A stretch of DNA of 42,091 nt from Candidatus Thorarchaeota archaeon. Its GTDB lineage: Archaea; Asgardarchaeota; Thorarchaeia; Thorarchaeales; Thorarchaeaceae. The stretch's first letter is position 1; each line of letters starts with the position of its first letter. Below, in pieces: positions 37,483 to 42,091 of this stretch. The stretch covers positions 1-42,091 of the forward strand of contig JAWAQK010000016.1 of NCBI GenBank assembly GCA_038893995.1. Reading direction: 5' to 3'. Both the position numbers and the translations under genes were made by a program. The notes under the pieces were generated by a model. That model worked only from the letters and a program-made list of their open reading frames with translations, made no database searches and was not told the origin of the DNA.

Positions 37483-38442
37483 ATGAGAATGCACGTGATC
37501 TGTAGGTCGAATGGGATTGAGATCTGGACGCCTGACGACTCGCCAATATCGTTCTTCAACAGCCCGTACATAGGTCATCAGAGGGCCTCAGCAGTTGATG
37601 TATACACCCCTCAGGGAGAGTGGGGAGAGGAGGTACTGTCTCCGACAGACGGCGTGGTCGTCAGACTCACAGAGATCACGATGGGACACAAAGACCTCTT
37701 CGACGGGAACGACTACGACCACGCCATCGGGATAAGACCGGACTCCGATCCAGAGTCGATTGTGAGGATACTGCACTGCAGACCCTGTGTACAGGAGGGT
37801 GACCGAGTCGACGTTGGTGACTGCTTGGGAAATACACTCAGATCGCGATTCTTCAGCTTCTGGACATCACCGCATTACCATGTCGAGGCGATGCACCAGA
37901 GTGACTATCGGAGGTCATCACGATCCTATCCGCTGAATGTGCCGCCGCACAGACTAACAGTCATACGTTCTTCGGCCAGGACCAACGATGAGATGCTGCT
38001 CGAGGTCGTGTCATCCGGACAGGACTATGTTCTCGCCGCCTCTGATGACTTTGTCGTTTCAGCCGGTCCGTTCGTCGGTCATCCGGCAGTGGACTCCACT
38101 GGACGACTCGTAGGCATAATCGATGCAGGGCTGCCTCACTATCCTGTGTGTGGTGCGTACGGACTACAGGAGTCGGTTTCAATTGCCATGAGATTCTGTG
38201 GGACATTCCCCCTAGGCAGACTGGTCTGCTGTCGGGCCGGTCTCTCATCATTCTCAACTGAACCATGTGAGTTCAGACTTGACAACATCCGCATCCACGG
38301 GGTCTCAACCTACATCTACCCGAATTCTCTCATCAGACAGAACAGAGTCCCACTGAAGTTGATACCTCCAATATCAGGCGTCCTAGCTGACGCCTTTTCG
38401 GAGGGGGACGTTGTCACGCTCTCGTGGACCGCTCACGAGTGA
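37483..38442 (+). CDS. Archaeal protein with an M23 metallopeptidase-like domain
   Basis: SFFNSPYIGH..ASAVD, SPTDGVV, ILHC.P.VQEGDRVDVGDCLG and PHYHVE. No signal peptide. Confidence 0.6.
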   Translation: MRMHVICRSNGIEIWTPDDSPISFFNSPYIGHQRASAVDVYTPQGEWGEEVLSPTDGVVVRLTEITMGHKDLFDGNDYDHAIGIRPDSDPESIVRILHCRPCVQEGDRVDVGDCLGNTLRSRFFSFWTSPHYHVEAMHQSDYRRSSRSYPLNVPPHRLTVIRSSARTNDEMLLEVVSSGQDYVLAASDDFVVSAGPFVGHPAVDSTGRLVGIIDAGLPHYPVCGAYGLQESVSIAMRFCGTFPLGRLVCCRAGLSSFSTEPCEFRLDNIRIHGVSTYIYPNSLIRQNRVPLKLIPPISGVLADAFSEGDVVTLSWTAHE

Positions 38443-38757
38443 CTGTCAGTGCTGGGCCTCAGTACGAGGACTCCCATTTACAGTCACGATGGCTTCCAGC
38501 ATTCTCAACGGATGCTGTGAGAAAGACATAAGTTGGAACAGGTGGAGGAGGTCACACACCTGCCTCGAGGTCCATCAGAACGATCGAGGGGACCAGGGGC
38601 ATACTGAGAACTTCGGAGATGGTTACTCATCGTGGAAGTGTGGTGATCCGCAGATGGCACTGCAAGTCTGCGAGCAGGAGCGCACTGTGGACTTCATCGG
38701 GCTTGGTGAAACCGGGAAACGCGCCCCATATGCCACCATCTAGGGGGTAATGCTGGT

Positions 38758-40182
38758 ATGGATATTTCTAGGTGGTTCTTTGAGCCAGTCCCCATTGTCC
38801 TTGAACATGCGGCCGAGATAGCAGTCATAGGCCTGGTCATATGGGTCATCGTCTTTGCAGTCTATGACAGGGGACATCTGGGCAGATGGCCTCCCTCCAG
38901 GCGGTCTGTACGAAGGGCTATCTGGTTCATCTTACTCTACCCCGTACCTGGCTTCTTGTTGATAGGTCTCTGTCTAGTGAGTATTGCGACAATCATTCAA
39001 CCCCTCCGGCCTGCGGTGACCCTAGTAATCGCACTGATGATGGCCGGCAGGGACACCATGAGTGTTCTTGCGGGTTCTCTCCTCTATTTGGTGGCGATGA
39101 GGCGGTGCTGGCGAGGCTACGGCGCAGCAGGCGTCACTGTGGGTGCATCGGTGACTGTGTCGATCGCCGTGATACTGTACTCGCTCGACCTGACCTCGGC
39201 GTCATTAGGCCTTGGTTTCATGGGCGCGTATGGTTTCTGGGTTTCAATCTGGCATTTCTCGTCTTTAGTCGGAGTGCCGATAAGAGAGCCGAAGGCCCAA
39301 CGTAGGAGGGATGACTCTGAGCTCAGCCTGGGCTCAGTCGAGGATTCGAGGAGAGAAGGAGCGGGCGACCTGAAGTCTGTGCTCCGAGATGTCACGGACG
39401 CATACACCCCTAGAATCGTCCAACAGTACGTGATTCCACTGATACGACGCTTTCGCATTGATAGAGATGAGTCAGCACTCTCTGTACTGGTCGGAGTCCT
39501 ATCGGCAGAGGAGATACCAGAGGAGAAACGGGAAAGGGCCTGCAGAGCGCTCGACTTCGACCACAGAGAGCTGATCGAGGCCGGAGACACTCAGAGAGCA
39601 GCTGAAGTACTGGAGAGAGTCAGCGTCTCATGGGGCAACATCTCAAGGACTGTTCTCGCTGTGCTCCTGGGGATCATCTCAGTGTCTCTAGTGACACTGC
39701 TGAGCGTGGCATGGTCGTATGCCAGTGAGAGCACGCCAGGTCGACCGATGTCCTTTCAGCTACTTATTGCTGTAACTATGCTGTTCATGAGCACACTTGG
39801 ACTGCTGTCAAGGGCAGGGCCGCCTCGACCATGCTCGTCCAAGTGTCATCACATCAATAAACGACACGACGAACAGTACCTCTTCACTGACAGGGAACTC
39901 GTACGTCGCCGGAGACTGGACATCATTGTAGTGATTGCCTCGCTCCTTGGGATGACTTGGGTGACTCTGACGGCCCTGACACAGAGGGCCCTAGCATCGG
40001 ACTATCCTGCACTGCAGGTCCTCCTGATGATATACATCCTGAGCGCCATACTGTTGCGTCGCGATCGATTCCTGTGGGGAGAACGCGAGCCTCCCGAGGA
40101 GTCTGTGGCAAAGATAAGAACGAAGATGTTGAGGACCCTTTCATCAATGAACGAAAGTGAGATACTAATAGATTACTGGTGA
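38758..40182 (+). CDS. Hypothetical polytopic membrane protein
   Basis: 474-aa ORF with two TM bundles separated by a charged helical loop. Confidence 0.7.
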   Translation: MDISRWFFEPVPIVLEHAAEIAVIGLVIWVIVFAVYDRGHLGRWPPSRRSVRRAIWFILLYPVPGFLLIGLCLVSIATIIQPLRPAVTLVIALMMAGRDTMSVLAGSLLYLVAMRRCWRGYGAAGVTVGASVTVSIAVILYSLDLTSASLGLGFMGAYGFWVSIWHFSSLVGVPIREPKAQRRRDDSELSLGSVEDSRREGAGDLKSVLRDVTDAYTPRIVQQYVIPLIRRFRIDRDESALSVLVGVLSAEEIPEEKRERACRALDFDHRELIEAGDTQRAAEVLERVSVSWGNISRTVLAVLLGIISVSLVTLLSVAWSYASESTPGRPMSFQLLIAVTMLFMSTLGLLSRAGPPRPCSSKCHHINKRHDEQYLFTDRELVRRRRLDIIVVIASLLGMTWVTLTALTQRALASDYPALQVLLMIYILSAILLRRDRFLWGEREPPEESVAKIRTKMLRTLSSMNESEILIDYW

Positions 40183-40189
40183 AACCAAG

Positions 40190-40280
40190 TCGTAGATGAC
40201 AAGTCAGTCGTCTACGATAAGTACACCAACGGACCAGGACGAGGTGGAGGGGGAGAAAGGGCTTCTCACCTTCCTCTATC
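40190..40280. terminator. Two stem-loops between convergent genes
   Basis: TCGTAGATGAC-AAGTCA-GTCGTCTACGA (40190-40217) and GGTGGAGG...GAGAA-AGGGC-TTCTC...CCTCTATC (40243-40280). Confidence 0.35.
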
Positions 40281-40336
40281 TGGAATTGCTTCAGCGGAGG
40301 CCAACGTCACCATTGGGTTTCACCTGACCATCGAGA

Positions 40337-40618
40337 TCACAGTGGCGCACCGCATTTCTCGCATCGTGTTATTCCTTGCTCGCTCTTGGCACCGCAATAT
40401 GGACACACGACAAGTACCTTTGACGCCGGAACATTGCCAGATGACGCGGGATGAATCCTCCGCGAGACCAAGAGAACTCCGCCAACTCCCGCCAGCGCGA
40501 CCAATGCGAGGACAGCGACAATCCCAGCTCCTCCTACGCCCGGGATTGCGGGGTCCGAAACTACTGGCGGATTAGTCGACGGAGGATTGGCATTATTGAC
40601 TCGGACCGTAACGTCCAC
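40337..40618 (-). pseudogene. TM helix plus zinc-ribbon ORF; either a 3' remnant of a surface-protein gene or a small membrane protein
   Basis: VDVTVRVNN, a Pro-rich linker, a TM helix and CPYCG-x9-CEKCG. There is no signal peptide, and the upstream part runs into the divergent gene. Confidence 0.5.
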
Positions 40619-40682
40619 GTCCCCTTTGCACGTATAGATCCGTAAGACTGAAGAGGGAGCAGAGAACCAGAGTATAGGTGAG

Positions 40683-41423
40683 ATGAGGAGTTTCATAGGG
40701 CGCGCCACTGCGGTGATAACGGCTAGTCTGGGCTACATGCCAGTGATAGCAGGGATCATCACACCGATGCTGTGGATTCTCCCTGCATGGTATGTGACTT
40801 GGTACGGTCTGGGCTATGTCATACCATTCTCTGAGACATGGTCCTGTCTATGGGTGCCATCTCATGACCCTATCACAGGAATGCAAGACTACCTGTTCAC
40901 AGCATTCATCTGGTTGATCTCATTGGGCACGTTTGTGTCTGGTTTCGTCATCTTCTTGTACGGACTTGGTACACTGGCATCTGCGCGAATGAACAGTGTA
41001 GGCCTGGCGACGAACGGGCCGTACGCATGGATCAGACATCCTCAACACTTGGGAATCATTCTGATGCTCATCCTTCCTGCACTTCTACGGAACATCTTGT
41101 TTGGCGGTCTCGGCTCTGAATTGAGTATCCGGCCTGGAGATCTCATCTCTGTCCTGCTTGTGACATTCCTACTTCTTGTCGTTGCGGACCTGGAGGAACT
41201 CGGCCTTCGCAAGAAGTACGGCCAGGACTATCTAGACTACTGCAGTAGGACACCCTTCATCATTCCCGTCAGGTCCGGCTTGGCGTCCAGACTCGGAAAG
41301 TGTCTACCAGAGCAGGGAAGTCTGTCACGCTATGTCCTTGCAACAGCATCGTTCTGGCTGCTGGCCACAGCACTCTCGTATGCGAGTACTTTCCTGCCCC
41401 TGGTCTATGTCAGGTTCTCATAG
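40683..41423 (+). CDS. Isoprenylcysteine carboxyl methyltransferase/PEMT-family membrane methyltransferase
   Basis: LATNGPYAWIRHPQHLG and EELGLRKKYGQDYLDYCSRTPFIIP, with a GGTGA RBS. Confidence 0.85.
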   Translation: MRSFIGRATAVITASLGYMPVIAGIITPMLWILPAWYVTWYGLGYVIPFSETWSCLWVPSHDPITGMQDYLFTAFIWLISLGTFVSGFVIFLYGLGTLASARMNSVGLATNGPYAWIRHPQHLGIILMLILPALLRNILFGGLGSELSIRPGDLISVLLVTFLLLVVADLEELGLRKKYGQDYLDYCSRTPFIIPVRSGLASRLGKCLPEQGSLSRYVLATASFWLLATALSYASTFLPLVYVRFS

Positions 41424-41762
41424 TCAGCATCGAAACCTGACCTCTCAACCGGAGATGCTCGCAGTGCGGTATCCCAGCCACGGCGAGTGCAGACAGACCA
41501 ACCGACGAGTTCCGCGTCCGGCAGTGAGCTACATCTTCAGCCTAAGAGAAGGGCCGAGCACGACCGGCATACCAACTAGCCAGGGGGACCTGTCATCAGC
41601 TCTTCCCTATGAAGAGTAGAGCAGTTCTTATTTGGGACCACTGGGTGGTGCTGTCAGGGGCAATGTAGTGTTTCAGCAATCAGGGCAGTTGGTGAGTCTA
41701 CCGACTGGAGTGCTCATACCGATGCTTCAGCAGAACTCGAACCTCCTCAGGTGGGTGATCCA

Positions 41763-42091
41763 GTGACCGAGTGTATTCAGACCGAGCATCTGACCAAGCA
41801 CTACGGCAAGAGGCGTGGCATAGAGGACCTCAATATGACTGTGCCCAGTGGCATGGTCTTTTGCCTGGCCGGCCCAAATGGATCTGGCAAGACGACGACA
41901 CTCAAGATATTGTCGACACTACTCAGGCAGTCTAGCGGGACCGCAGTGGTATGTGGTCACGATGTCAACGATGACCCGGTAGGCGTGCGACGGTCCATAT
42001 CACTATTGCAGCAGGCGACCGTAGTGGACCCATACATGACTGTGCGTGAATACCTCACTGTCTTCTGTCAGATGCAGAACCCAGAGTTGAA
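41763..42091 (+). CDS. ABC transporter ATP-binding protein (drug-exporter type), 3'-partial
   Basis: Not in the ORF track. GTG 41763 follows GGTGAT and reads MTECIQTEHLTKHYGKRRGIEDLNMTVPSGMVFCLAGPNGSGKTTTLKILSTLL..., open to the window end. Confidence 0.9.
   Translation, partial: MTECIQTEHLTKHYGKRRGIEDLNMTVPSGMVFCLAGPNGSGKTTTLKILSTLLRQSSGTAVVCGHDVNDDPVGVRRSISLLQQATVVDPYMTVREYLTVFCQMQNPEL

Noticed and set aside
38443-38757. Possible decayed RelE/ParE-like toxin gene (SIRTIEGTRGILR fragment) and ORF 38411-38743
   Set aside because: It needs several frameshifts, the similarity is too short, and no antitoxin gene is adjacent.
40337-40360. CaaX prenylation motif on the zinc-ribbon proteins, given the adjacent ICMT-family gene
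   Set aside because: The Cys is fifth from the end (CGAPL, CGQSL) and is a zinc ligand.

Overview
Archaeal genomic window. It has TATA/BRE-type promoters, GGAGG/GGTGA ribosome-binding sites, a geranylgeranyl reductase, F420 genes and several C-terminally anchored surface proteins. Gene content and style suggest an Asgard archaeon, probably Thorarchaeia-like (inference, not verified). The left end holds a two-gene minus-strand surface-protein operon. The first gene encodes a 2168-aa secreted, membrane-anchored protein with a degenerate caspase-like head, a long amphipathic helical region, a hydrophobic beta-rich region and about 26 DxDxDG Ca-binding repeats. The second encodes an FG-GAP/beta-propeller protein that is cut off at about nt 342 by compositionally foreign DNA carrying a DNA-methyltransferase-like gene end. 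The rest is mostly metabolic: an FGGY kinase, a phosphoribosyltransferase, an M20 peptidase, two alpha/beta hydrolases, an FbiB-C-type nitroreductase-cofD-cofC F420 operon, a BMP-family nucleoside ABC transporter whose ATPase gene has no canonical start codon, an agmatinase, a GGR, an M23-like protein, an ICMT-family protein and a partial ABC ATPase. There are also two orphan membrane histidine-kinase-like proteins with degenerate ATP-binding boxes, a coiled-coil/zinc-ribbon protein and several unknown membrane or surface proteins. No tRNA, rRNA, CRISPR array or transposase was recognised. All family assignments are by eye from motifs, and no searches were run.
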